Positions 1 to 8,730 of a stretch of 29,078 bases of DNA are shown here, in pieces (the first letter of the stretch is position 1; each line of letters opens with the position of its first letter). A program made the position numbers and the translations under genes. The stretch covers positions 93,514-122,591 of the IMG/VR virus record IMGVR_UViG_3300042879_005260; one strand, 5' to 3'. The DNA comes from a virus. Its lineage: Duplodnaviria; Heunggongvirae; Uroviricota; Caudoviricetes. The notes under the pieces are model-generated. The model was given only the letters and a program-made list of their open reading frames with translations. It was not told the origin of the DNA and made no database searches.

Positions 1-67
1 CAATTAATAAATATATCACAAAGATACAAAGTTTTTTTTAATTGTCAATACCTTGGTTAAATTAATG

Positions 68-328
68 TTAATTTTTTTTCTTACAAGTTTTACAGTTTGA
101 TATTTTTTTAACTTCTTGTGCGACATTTTGAACGGTTGATTTCATAATAAACCTATTTACGGCTATAGTCCCAAATGCCCATAAAAAACTAGTAGCAAAA
201 ATTGTTTTGCTTATATTTGGATTAACATCAATAAATATGCCAACAAAAAAAACTATTGACAAGTAAAATGCGGTAAAAAACCAAACCATTAAAGATAGAA
301 TCAAAGAGATATTAAAAAAGTTTTTCAT
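68..328 (-). CDS. Small membrane protein (2 hydrophobic segments, C-terminal CxxC)
   Basis: 3' part of ORF 68..463. The start is moved to the ATG at 328 (MKNFFNISL) because the longer ORF overlaps the + strand gene at 384. Confidence 0.55.
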   Translation of the reverse strand: MKNFFNISLILSLMVWFFTAFYLSIVFFVGIFIDVNPNISKTIFATSFLWAFGTIAVNRFIMKSTVQNVAQEVKKISNCKTCKKKN

Positions 329-370
329 ATAACAATAAATACCAAAATAAAAGTTTTTGTCAATATTGAA

Positions 371-379
371 ATATTTATA
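371..379 (+). promoter_or_regulatory. ATATTTATA motif, putative phage-specific promoter
   Basis: The same motif lies shortly upstream of gene starts (0 to about 30 nt) at 371, 810, 1382, 3602, 9946, 22046, 23628, 26895, 27660 and 28260. Variants occur at 3073, 7839, 11337 and 19066. A minus-strand copy at 7072-7080 precedes the minus-strand aminotransferase. Confidence 0.6.
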
Positions 380-383
380 AAAT

Positions 384-791
384 ATGAAAAATCTTATAAG
401 AAAAATATTAAAAGAAGAATTTGATGATTTTGATTGGGCTGAAGAATTGGTTGGTAACACCAAACAATTTTCACCTGCTGAAGGATTTCTTTATGACATT
501 ATGCCCAATTTAAAGATGATTCCTTCAAAAAATAACCCAGGTTGGATGTTTTATAAGGATAAAAGCGGGGTTACTTTAATGGCGGATGATGTGGATAGAG
601 ATAAAAAAAATCCGATTTTATTAGTTGATTATGATGAAATTTGGTTAAAATTACGTCAAGAATTTGGCCTTAATGAACAAGAAATCAGTAATTTATGCGT
701 GCGTATGCTGGAAATAACCCATAAACGAAAGGTATTGACAGCTATTCACCGTTCCTGGAATAGATCCTGGAAGGCTGGAAATAACCCATAA
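384..791 (+). CDS. Hypothetical protein with MKNLIRKILKEE leader; paralog of 823..1224
   Basis: 135-aa ORF. Its 3' end (LEITHKRKVLTA) is encoded by the first 36-nt repeat. Confidence 0.85.
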   Translation: MKNLIRKILKEEFDDFDWAEELVGNTKQFSPAEGFLYDIMPNLKMIPSKNNPGWMFYKDKSGVTLMADDVDRDKKNPILLVDYDEIWLKLRQEFGLNEQEISNLCVRMLEITHKRKVLTAIHRSWNRSWKAGNNP

Positions 792-809
792 ACGAAAGGT
801 ATTGACCTG
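707..809 (+). CRISPR. CRISPR-like mini-array 1 (2 repeats, 1 spacer), no cas gene in window
   Basis: Repeats at 707-742 (GCTGGAAATAACCCATAAACGAAAGGTATTGACAGC) and 774-809 (degenerate 3' end CCTG). The spacer 743-773 is 31 nt. Confidence 0.55.
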
Positions 810-822
810 ATATTTATAAAAT

Positions 823-1224
823 ATGAAAAATCTTATAAGAAAAATATTAAAAGAAGAATTTGATGATTTTGGTTGGGCTGAAGAATTGATTGGTAACACC
901 AAACAATTTTCACCCGCTGAAGAATTTTTGTATGAAATTATGTCCAATTTAAAAATGGTTCCTTCTGAAAATTATCCAGGTTGGATGTTGTATAAAGATG
1001 AAAGTGGACTAAATTTAATGGCGGATAATGTGGATAGAGATAAAGAAAATTCGATTTTATGGGTTGATTATCACCGCATTTGGTCAAAATTAAATCAAGA
1101 ATTTGCTCTTAATACTCAGGAAATCAAAGACTTATGTATGCGTATGCTGGAAATGACCCATAAACGAAAGGTATTTACAGCTCATCATTGCAACACGACT
1201 TCAATCATCAGGAACTGGAAATGA
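823..1224 (+). CDS. Hypothetical protein, tandem paralog of 384..791
   Basis: 133-aa ORF that aligns with 384..791 up to LEMTHKRKVFTA, then has a different tail. Confidence 0.85.
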   Translation: MKNLIRKILKEEFDDFGWAEELIGNTKQFSPAEEFLYEIMSNLKMVPSENYPGWMLYKDESGLNLMADNVDRDKENSILWVDYHRIWSKLNQEFALNTQEIKDLCMRMLEMTHKRKVFTAHHCNTTSIIRNWK

Positions 1225-1381
1225 CCCATAAACGAAAGGTATTTACAGCCAAAGAGGGGTTTGTGAGCGCTCAACGGCAGCTGGAGATGACCCATAAACG
1301 AAAGGTGTTGACAGTCCATGACGCCTCGTTTTCATCTTGAACGCGGCTGGAGATGACCCATAAACGAAAGGTGTTGACCTG
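1146..1381 (+). CRISPR. CRISPR-like mini-array 2 (4 repeats, 3 spacers)
   Basis: 36-nt repeats at 1146-1181, 1214-1249, 1280-1315 and 1346-1381. Unique spacers of 32, 30 and 30 nt. The repeat ends GCTG/CAGC are self-complementary. Confidence 0.65.
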
Positions 1382-1394
1382 ATATTTATAAAAT

Positions 1395-2462
1395 ATGAAA
1401 AACCTTATAAGAAAAATATTACTTCAAGAAAACGTAGGAATTTCTTTTGCTGTTAGGAATTGGGCAAAGGTTATTTATGAACTTTTATCGAATTTACCAA
1501 TTTCTGAAAAAAGACTTATTGTCAATTCTGAAGAATATCCTGAACTATTTGAAGACTTTTCTTTTGATTATGCGGTTATCGATTTTAATGATTGGAGTAA
1601 TGGTTATCTTACAAAAACTTCTGGTTATGATTCAAACGGTTATTATGTTGTTCATATCATGGTTTTGAATAAATTTAGGAACAATCCTTATATGTTAACA
1701 ATTTTAAATCACGAATTAAAACATGCATACCAAGATTGGCAACGTCAAAGTAAAGGATACCCAAGTATTGATCAAAATAGAGAAAACATTAATATCTACA
1801 CTGAAGATTTTATTAAAGTTTTAAAAAATAGAATTAAGATAAATCCGATTTTCAAAGAAGTTTTGAAAGGTTACTATATACTTTCAGATTTAGAACTAAA
1901 TGCTTTTTTAGAAAATGTTTATGATGGTGATAAATTAAGTCCTTATAAGAAAATGGTTTTTGATTTAATAAATTATGATGCCGTTAGGGCAACTTATTAT
2001 GAGAACCCAGGGATTCTACAAAAAGATTGGGAAACTTTGTTGTCCCTGAACATTCCTTTTTTAAAAAAATATAAAAAATATGAAGACTTTTTAGTTGCAT
2101 CTACAAAATATTTTAACAACAGGAGTCAAGAAATACTTCGTAAAATAAATAAAATGGAATATGTTCACCGTGATAAAGGTTTAAATGAACAATTATTAGG
2201 GGAACAGATAGCTTGTCATTTAATATCACCCAAAGGTGATGGTAATGGCGGATATATTGACAATCAAAAAGCTTTAGAAATCGTTAAAAAAATTGAATCT
2301 GATACTAAAAGTTACCAAAGATTAAGTGACAAAGAAAAAGAAATGTTTAGAAGTACAATTAAAAATTTTAAAAATGATATTCTAAGAGCAGACACTAATT
2401 TAGACACTATAGATACATATCTCCATAAATTGGCAAATTTATTTAAATGTTATCCGTTATAA
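1395..2462 (+). CDS. Putative zinc metallopeptidase-like protein (HExxH) with MKNLIRKIL leader
   Basis: 355 aa, motif ILNHELKHAYQ. The promoter and first 9 codons match those of 384 and 823. Confidence 0.6.
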   Translation: MKNLIRKILLQENVGISFAVRNWAKVIYELLSNLPISEKRLIVNSEEYPELFEDFSFDYAVIDFNDWSNGYLTKTSGYDSNGYYVVHIMVLNKFRNNPYMLTILNHELKHAYQDWQRQSKGYPSIDQNRENINIYTEDFIKVLKNRIKINPIFKEVLKGYYILSDLELNAFLENVYDGDKLSPYKKMVFDLINYDAVRATYYENPGILQKDWETLLSLNIPFLKKYKKYEDFLVASTKYFNNRSQEILRKINKMEYVHRDKGLNEQLLGEQIACHLISPKGDGNGGYIDNQKALEIVKKIESDTKSYQRLSDKEKEMFRSTIKNFKNDILRADTNLDTIDTYLHKLANLFKCYPL

Positions 2463-2464
2463 AT

Positions 2465-2495
2465 TTTGATATTTGTTAAAATTTTATTACATTTG
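2465..2495 (+). promoter_or_regulatory. Bacteroidota sigma-A-type promoter (TTTG-N19-TAnnTTTG)
   Basis: TTTG at 2465-2468 and TACATTTG at 2488-2495. Similar sites: -7 boxes at 7108, 9277 (TTTG 9254), 15257, 18262, 19731 and 20638 (TTTG 20615). Confidence 0.65.
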
Positions 2496-2499
2496 TGAC

Positions 2500-3048
2500 A
2501 TGAAAAAAATCAAACTTTGGTGGAAATTTGAAGGTCGGTACTATTATAGTGATTTTATCAAAGGCATTAAAAACTTATGGAAATGGTTTCCTGTTATTTG
2601 GAAAGATCGTGATTGGGACGACCACTTCATTTGGGAAATACTAATGTTTAAAATCAAAAATCAAGCGAAGTATATTGGTGATAGAGATTTTCACACCAGA
2701 GCAAAACGTGATGCTGAAATCATGATGACATGTGTTCGTTTAATGGAAAAAGTAAAAGAAGAACATTATCAAATGGAATACATGAACTATTGTGAAGATG
2801 AGTTTGATTTTATTGATGCTGACACTCCAGGTTACAAACAACTTCAGATAACTGAAATCTCAGAAAATTTTGATGAGTACTTTAAGAAAAGACAAACCGC
2901 TTATCGTAAAGTAATGAAAAATGGAGGTTCATTTGGTAATGATAGTAAAAAACACATCGCCATGAGTATGGGACACCTACAACATGATAGGGCTAATAAA
3001 ATATTATTCACTCTTTTGGAAAGAAATATCGCCTGTTGGTGGGATTAA
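2500..3048 (+). CDS. Hypothetical phage protein (WFPVIWKDRDWD motif)
   Basis: ORF 2473..3048. The start is moved to the ATG at 2500, just downstream of the promoter. Confidence 0.8.
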   Translation: MKKIKLWWKFEGRYYYSDFIKGIKNLWKWFPVIWKDRDWDDHFIWEILMFKIKNQAKYIGDRDFHTRAKRDAEIMMTCVRLMEKVKEEHYQMEYMNYCEDEFDFIDADTPGYKQLQITEISENFDEYFKKRQTAYRKVMKNGGSFGNDSKKHIAMSMGHLQHDRANKILFTLLERNIACWWD

Positions 3049-3098
3049 CCCACTTAATTAATAAACTTAAAGATATTTATCATAAATTATTTTTTTGT

Positions 3099-3431
3099 AT
3101 GAATACCCAACTTTTTATTGAAATTAAAAACTCAAAAATTTTTAAATTTTATAATTCTTTATTAAAATTATATAGACATATTAAAGTTTTTAAAACCGTC
3201 GCTTTTATCGCTTTTTTTGTTGGTTTTTTAAGTTTATTTATTGAGAGTTTACATGATTTTGCCGGTTTTTTACTAGTACCGATTTATTTTGTCGGTATAA
3301 TTTTTACTTTTGTTGGTGTCATAGCCAATATATTGGTTAATATCAAAATCAAAAAACTTATTAAAAAATACACAACATCAAAAAATGAAATAACCAAAAT
3401 AATTAGCGAATTGTATGAAAACAAAAAATGA
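3099..3431 (+). CDS. Hypothetical membrane protein (2 TM)
   Basis: Hydrophobic stretches VAFIAFFVGFLSLF and GFLLVPIYFVGIIFTFVGVIANILV. ATG at 3099. Confidence 0.7.
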   Translation: MNTQLFIEIKNSKIFKFYNSLLKLYRHIKVFKTVAFIAFFVGFLSLFIESLHDFAGFLLVPIYFVGIIFTFVGVIANILVNIKIKKLIKKYTTSKNEITKIISELYENKK

Positions 3432-3582
3432 AATTATCATTAGACTTTTAAATGAAAAAAAAATAGACAATTCGGAGGCTTCTATTTTGTTGGGTGTTAA
3501 AGAAGAGGATTTAAAGAAATTTTTATATACTAAACAAGAAACTAAACCAAAAGAAAATTTTTATCCTGTTTACGGTTGTTGA
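3415..3582 (+). CDS. Small hypothetical protein (55 aa)
   Basis: Translated by hand as MKTKNEIIIRLLNEKKIDNSEASILLGVKEE...YGC*. It fills the gap between neighbouring genes. Confidence 0.5.
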   Translation: MKTKNEIIIRLLNEKKIDNSEASILLGVKEEDLKKFLYTKQETKPKENFYPVYGC

Positions 3583-3629
3583 TTTTTTTTCTCTTTTTGT
3601 AATATTTATATATTGATAAACAATATTTT

Positions 3630-5252
3630 ATGAAATCAATGTATAACCTATTAAAAGAATACGTACTAATTGAAGGACGTAAAGAAGATGTAATAAAGAA
3701 ATACCCTAATGTACCTGTTGAAATAATTGATGCTTTTGTTGAAGGTGAAGGTTTAGATGCTGAAAGTATTTCCGTCTGGAAAAGTAAAGATAACAAATAT
3801 CTTGATTGGATGGTTAATGAATACAATAAAAGAGGTCTTCAACCTTCATACATCATAGAATTAGTTAAAAACTTCTATGAGAGAGAATCAATGATGACAT
3901 CTGAAAATTTAAAAGAATTTTTTGATTCAAATGAGTATGATTTTAGTGAATCCGTAAAAAATGCAATAAAAAATGCACCAAGAGATATTAGAAATTATCC
4001 AGATTTAGACTCTTTACGAGTGGTTGTTACGTTTTTAATTGAAAAAAAATCAAAATCACAAAAAGAAAAAGAAGTTAAACAACAAGGTATTAGAATAGCT
4101 AAAGGTGAATATAAAGGTGCTAAATTTATTGTTATTTCACCTACCACACATGCGGCTTCTTGTCAATACGGTAAACACAGTCAATGGTGTGTTGCAACAG
4201 AGAATACATCCCATTTTGCTAATTACACCAAAAAAGGAACTCTTTATTTCTTTATTCAAACAACAGAAGATCTACCACCAATAACACCGAGGTGGGCTGA
4301 TAAAACAAGAAATCAAGTGGCCGGTGAACCACCTTTTAAAACTGCTTTATTAATTGAAGACGATGGTGATAGAAGTTGGTGGACAAAAGCCGACACTAAG
4401 TATGAAGGTTGGGTTGGTGATTACGGTTTTGAATGGTTCACGCAAGATATTGCTGACGCTATATTAAATTACAATAGAATTTCAATCACTAAACGTCTTG
4501 AAAGAGAAATTAACTTGATTAAAAATACTAAAGGATTTACTCAAAAAGAAAATAAAGATACTTCTTTGATACAAGGGTTTACTGAGTTATTAAAAAATAA
4601 CGTTTTAACCGAAGACGAATTAATTACTATTATTAAAAATGATAATTGGCCAATATTGTATCAAAATGATTATAAAGAAGTTTATAATGTTATAAGTGAT
4701 GAAAATTTTTATAAGCTTTTAATTGATCTTATGCGAAGCTTACCAACCGGTAGTAATGAATCATCGGAAACATTAAAGGATATGGACTCTAGACGATTTT
4801 TTTACACAATAGTAGATAAAAAACTAAGTGAAACCGAAAATAAAAAAGTCGCGGAAATTATTATTAATAAAGTAGGTAGTAAAGTAATTTTAAAAGATTT
4901 TGGTTCTGACGTTAGAATGTTTGTTGACAAATGGACAATGACACCTGAAAAAATGGAAGAATACATGAAAACTTCTGATTATTTCTTTATTGGTACTAAA
5001 ATCGGTGCTGAAATGAGAATTGAAGATATTACAAAAATTGATAGATTTGATCCAAACACACATGACTCATTAACTTTAATGTTATATACAATTAATAAAA
5101 AAACACAAAGAACTACGTCAACCGGTCTTTACGCGGTAAGAACTGATAAAGATTTATTAGATCCTTACATTGGTGATGATGATGATGAAATTCCTGAAGA
5201 GATTATTAAAACTTTAATTCCTAAATCAACATTAATTTGGCCAAAAAAATAA
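3630..5252 (+). CDS. Large hypothetical phage protein (SCxYG..WC motif), LxE-type leader
   Basis: 540 aa, containing HAASCQYGKHSQWCVAT and TLYFFI. ATATTTATA lies upstream at 3602. Confidence 0.85.
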   Translation: MKSMYNLLKEYVLIEGRKEDVIKKYPNVPVEIIDAFVEGEGLDAESISVWKSKDNKYLDWMVNEYNKRGLQPSYIIELVKNFYERESMMTSENLKEFFDSNEYDFSESVKNAIKNAPRDIRNYPDLDSLRVVVTFLIEKKSKSQKEKEVKQQGIRIAKGEYKGAKFIVISPTTHAASCQYGKHSQWCVATENTSHFANYTKKGTLYFFIQTTEDLPPITPRWADKTRNQVAGEPPFKTALLIEDDGDRSWWTKADTKYEGWVGDYGFEWFTQDIADAILNYNRISITKRLEREINLIKNTKGFTQKENKDTSLIQGFTELLKNNVLTEDELITIIKNDNWPILYQNDYKEVYNVISDENFYKLLIDLMRSLPTGSNESSETLKDMDSRRFFYTIVDKKLSETENKKVAEIIINKVGSKVILKDFGSDVRMFVDKWTMTPEKMEEYMKTSDYFFIGTKIGAEMRIEDITKIDRFDPNTHDSLTLMLYTINKKTQRTTSTGLYAVRTDKDLLDPYIGDDDDEIPEEIIKTLIPKSTLIWPKK

Positions 5253-5267
5253 AAAAAACACACACAA

Positions 5268-5987
5268 GTGAAAAATTATTTAAATGAAGATAATGAATGG
5301 TATGATGAAATTATTGACAATTTTATTGATTTACCTTTAGTTGTAGTTGTCGACAGTGGTGAATATTATCCTGTATATCTTGATGCGATGTATGAATTAG
5401 AAATCACAGGGTTAAATAAAGAAACATATAATTATATCGAAATGCAGGGGCCTGGTACTTATATTGAAGATTTATTACATCAAGAGTTACCTATTTTAGG
5501 AATTCCTGAAAATGGTGATATTTGTTATCTCTACCCTAAAAAGAAAAAATCACCCAGATATTCTACTTACATTTATAAATTAAAAAATATTAAAACAAAA
5601 AAAGAATTTATAATAAATGAAAAAGGGTTTAAACCCTACCAAATAAAAAACCGAATAATTGAAAATAATAATTTTGATTGGGTTGATGAACTTTTAATAA
5701 AAGATGACCCATTTTTACCTAATAAATTATATATCATTAGAGAACACAATATTTTAATTAAAATTGTTGGCGTTTTTAAAGAAAATAAAAAAATTAATGA
5801 CGCCGAAGATGATGGTTGGCGAGCTACTTTTCGAGCATTCAACCATAGGCCAAAAAAATGGGAACCTGAAGAAAGAATAGAAAGAAATTGGGCAAAAAAA
5901 TTAATTCAAGAAGGACATTGGGAACTTATTTCCGAAGAAGAAGCTAAAGAAATATTTGGTCATATGCGTGGTTATCACGAATTTTAA
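5268..5987 (+). CDS. Hypothetical protein with N-terminal (YLNEDNEW) and internal (IIENNNFDWVDE) acidic-Trp motifs
   Basis: 239 aa, GTG start. The motif resembles EEFDDFDWAEE of 384/823. Confidence 0.75.
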   Translation: MKNYLNEDNEWYDEIIDNFIDLPLVVVVDSGEYYPVYLDAMYELEITGLNKETYNYIEMQGPGTYIEDLLHQELPILGIPENGDICYLYPKKKKSPRYSTYIYKLKNIKTKKEFIINEKGFKPYQIKNRIIENNNFDWVDELLIKDDPFLPNKLYIIREHNILIKIVGVFKENKKINDAEDDGWRATFRAFNHRPKKWEPEERIERNWAKKLIQEGHWELISEEEAKEIFGHMRGYHEF

Positions 5988-7051
5988 ATTCTATCAAAAT
6001 AATCCACAAAATCTTCATGCTTAACAGCAACCGAAATTCTTGAATACTTATCAGAAACATCGGAATCCAATGAAAATTTATTTAAAGGAACTGATGATAT
6101 TTTATGTTCTAATAATTGTTCATAACTCAACGTAACAATACAAAAAGGTCCCACAGGTTTTGATGGATATTCCTCAAACAAAAAACCTCTTTTTTCCAGA
6201 TAATCAATATTTTTTTGAATATCGGACGTTGTTTTCTCTTTATATTTTTTAACAAACCTGTACCCCGTATTTAAAACTTCATCAACAACCAGTTGTGGTA
6301 AGTTGGAAATAGAATTGTACTTATAGAGGGAACGAATTTTCATTGCTTCAAATAAACTGGTGTTTTTGGTTGCAACATAACCAACACGAAAACCCGATAA
6401 ACCCAAAGATTTTGAAAACGAAGAAACAATAATTACATTATCGTAAAATAATTCATAAATTTTATCATCTTCAGAATTAAAAAGATAATAATAAGGTAAA
6501 TCCAATATAATAGTTGTACCTATTTTTTTAGCTCTTTCAACAAATTCCTTTAACTCCTGTAATTTTGGTGCCCAACCTGTTGGATTCGAAGGTATACATA
6601 ACATATAAACATCGTTAGGATGTAAAAAAACATCTTTTAAATTAAAATCATTAAAAGATTTTATTTCTTTGTTATGAGTTTTTAAAATTTTATTCCAAGA
6701 ACCCCAGTGATATCTTGGTATTCTAAATGTTTCGTTATAAATCGAGTTTATAGTTAAATCAAGGGCTGCCATCCCACCTGGTGTTATTAAAACATGGTGT
6801 TCGGGTAAATGAAATTTACTTTTGATAGTTTTTATTAAATCTGTATCGCCGTTATTGGGACCGTAATGTTGTAAAGATTTTAAATTAAAATCAAAATCAC
6901 CAACAACAGAATTAAGGTCAATTGTGGTAACATCCATAACTCCACGATGGAGTTTTAAATATTTGCCACCACTTTCGACTTCTAATTTATTAATATCTTC
7001 ACCAATTTTAACTATAGAAGAATAAGTAACGGGTGGTCTGGAAACTATCAT
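5984..7051 (-). CDS. PLP-dependent aminotransferase, class I/II
   Basis: Motifs ITPGGMAAL, PSNPTG, DLPY and SFSKSLGLSGFRVGY (PLP lysine). Confidence 0.85.
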   Translation of the reverse strand: MIVSRPPVTYSSIVKIGEDINKLEVESGGKYLKLHRGVMDVTTIDLNSVVGDFDFNLKSLQHYGPNNGDTDLIKTIKSKFHLPEHHVLITPGGMAALDLTINSIYNETFRIPRYHWGSWNKILKTHNKEIKSFNDFNLKDVFLHPNDVYMLCIPSNPTGWAPKLQELKEFVERAKKIGTTIILDLPYYYLFNSEDDKIYELFYDNVIIVSSFSKSLGLSGFRVGYVATKNTSLFEAMKIRSLYKYNSISNLPQLVVDEVLNTGYRFVKKYKEKTTSDIQKNIDYLEKRGFLFEEYPSKPVGPFCIVTLSYEQLLEHKISSVPLNKFSLDSDVSDKYSRISVAVKHEDFVDYFDRI

Positions 7052-7137
7052 AATTTCTTTTTTTTTATAATTATAAATATTTTTCTTGAGAAAAGAAATT
7101 TTTTCTTTACATTTGTAACATAAAATTAAAAAGAACT

Positions 7138-7839
7138 ATGGAAAAAATGGAAAACTTTAATAGTGTATGTTATGTAGCACGTATTAATGAAATCAAACCA
7201 ATACCAGGTGCTGACAACATTGAACAAGCAGTTGTTGGTGGGTGGAATGCTATCATACAAAAAGGACAATATGCTGAAGGTGGGTTGGTAGTTGTTGCTA
7301 CTACTGATGCTGTTATCCCTCAAGAACTTTCAGATGCAATAAATGTCACTAACTACTTGCGTAAAGGTCAAAGAGTGCGTACTGTTAAGTTGAGAGGAGT
7401 TTATTCTGAGTGTTTAATCATGCCTTTATCACTACTCGTTGGTAGATCTAAGGTTATTAAAACCACAAAGGAAGGTGATGACATGATGGAAAATCTTGGT
7501 GTTTACAAGTACGAACCACCAATTAAACAAATAACATTATCTTCAGGTAAAAGAATTCGTTTTACTGAAAATGAGGCATTTAGAGTTTATTATAAGTTTC
7601 CAAATGTTAAAAATGTACCTGGTATTTTTAATGAAGAAGATAATGTACAAATCACTCGTAAAATACACGGTACCAACGCCAGATTTGGCATTGTTAAAAA
7701 AGTAAAATTAACATACTTAGATAATGTTAAACTATTTTTAAATCACAAATTTGGGTTAGGTGGTGACAAATGGAAATGGTGTGAATACGAATTTTATATT
7801 GGTAGTCATAATGTTGTTAAAGATATTCAATCTTTGTGA
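7138..7839 (+). CDS. RNA ligase (Rnl2/DRB0094-like), N-terminal half
   Basis: N-terminal OB/tRNA-binding-like segment (ARINEIKPIPGADNIE) and nucleotidyltransferase motif I (RKIHGTNARF). Ends soon after GSHNVVK. Confidence 0.8.
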   Translation: MEKMENFNSVCYVARINEIKPIPGADNIEQAVVGGWNAIIQKGQYAEGGLVVVATTDAVIPQELSDAINVTNYLRKGQRVRTVKLRGVYSECLIMPLSLLVGRSKVIKTTKEGDDMMENLGVYKYEPPIKQITLSSGKRIRFTENEAFRVYYKFPNVKNVPGIFNEEDNVQITRKIHGTNARFGIVKKVKLTYLDNVKLFLNHKFGLGGDKWKWCEYEFYIGSHNVVKDIQSL

Positions 7840-7853
7840 TATTTATTATATTA

Positions 7854-7943
7854 TAGGTTGTACGAGAACCTAAATAAATAAGATATTAGAGCCCCTATTG
7901 GGACATAATTACTCGTACTAATTGTGTTTCTTTGGGGGATTCT
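7854..7943 (+). ncRNA. Structured leader with two hairpins whose loops are complementary (kissing loop)
   Basis: Stem TAGGTT/AACCTA with loop GTACGAG (7860-7866). Stem ACATAATTA/TAATTGTGT with loop CTCGTAC (7912-7918). An outer AGAGCCCC/GGGGGATTCT pairing ends next to the HNH start. Confidence 0.55.
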
Positions 7944-7948
7944 TTTTT

Positions 7949-8668
7949 ATGGATTACAATAGAATATACAAACAACTGATTAGTAAAGCTAAAAGTGAGA
8001 AAAGAGTTAAAAATAACGGAATTTATTATGAATCACACCACATCATCCCAAAATGTTTAGGTGGTGATGGCAAGACTACACAATGGAGAACACATAATAA
8101 TATAGTTCTTTTAACAGCAAAAGAACATTTTATTGCTCACCTTTTATTATGTGAAATTTATCCTGAAAATAAAAAATTAATATATGCATTATGGTATATG
8201 ATAAATGGTTCAAATAATGGCCCAAATACTGGTTCAAGAGAGCTTAATGTGTCATCAAGAACTTATGAAAGAGTTAGACAAAAACATTCACAAGTAGTGT
8301 CTAAAACACATAAAGGTATAATTAGAAGTCTTGAATTTAAAAATAAATTATCTATATCTAGAAAAGGTGTTGCAAGTCCTTTAAAAGGAAAAAAGAGACC
8401 CAATTTATCAAAATCAAAATTAGGGAAACCAAGACCTGAATTAAAAGGGAAAAAACAATCGTTAACACATATTATAAATAGAACAAAATCAAAAAGTAAC
8501 CCAATAATTCAATGTTCCTTGGATGGTGAAGTTATAAAAGAATGGAATTCACAAATAGAGGTTGCAAAAAATTTTAATATACTACCATCAACATTAAGTA
8601 GATGTATCAAAGGTAGTCTTACTAAATCTTGTAAAGGGTTTGTATGGAAAAAAAAGAAAAAATATTAG
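7949..8668 (+). CDS. HNH homing endonuclease (T4 Mob-like HNH, NUMOD-like repeats, C-terminal NUMOD1-type HTH)
   Basis: HHIIPKCLGG...NIVLLTAKEHFIAHLLL at the N-terminus; IIQCSLDGEVIKEWNS...GFVWK at the C-terminus. ATG at 7949. Confidence 0.85.
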   Translation: MDYNRIYKQLISKAKSEKRVKNNGIYYESHHIIPKCLGGDGKTTQWRTHNNIVLLTAKEHFIAHLLLCEIYPENKKLIYALWYMINGSNNGPNTGSRELNVSSRTYERVRQKHSQVVSKTHKGIIRSLEFKNKLSISRKGVASPLKGKKRPNLSKSKLGKPRPELKGKKQSLTHIINRTKSKSNPIIQCSLDGEVIKEWNSQIEVAKNFNILPSTLSRCIKGSLTKSCKGFVWKKKKKY

Positions 8669-8730
8669 ATATTTAAAAATTATTTTTATATATTTACACA
8701 TGTATTCAAAAACAAAATTGTATTTAAAAT

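Noticed and set aside
371-379. ATATTTATA as a T4 gp55 late promoter (TATAAATA)
   Set aside because: It is the reverse complement relative to the genes it precedes, so it is only called a putative phage-specific promoter.
707-1381. Diversity-generating retroelement variable repeats
   Set aside because: There is no reverse transcriptase in the window, and the four variable segments differ in length and do not share conserved non-A positions.
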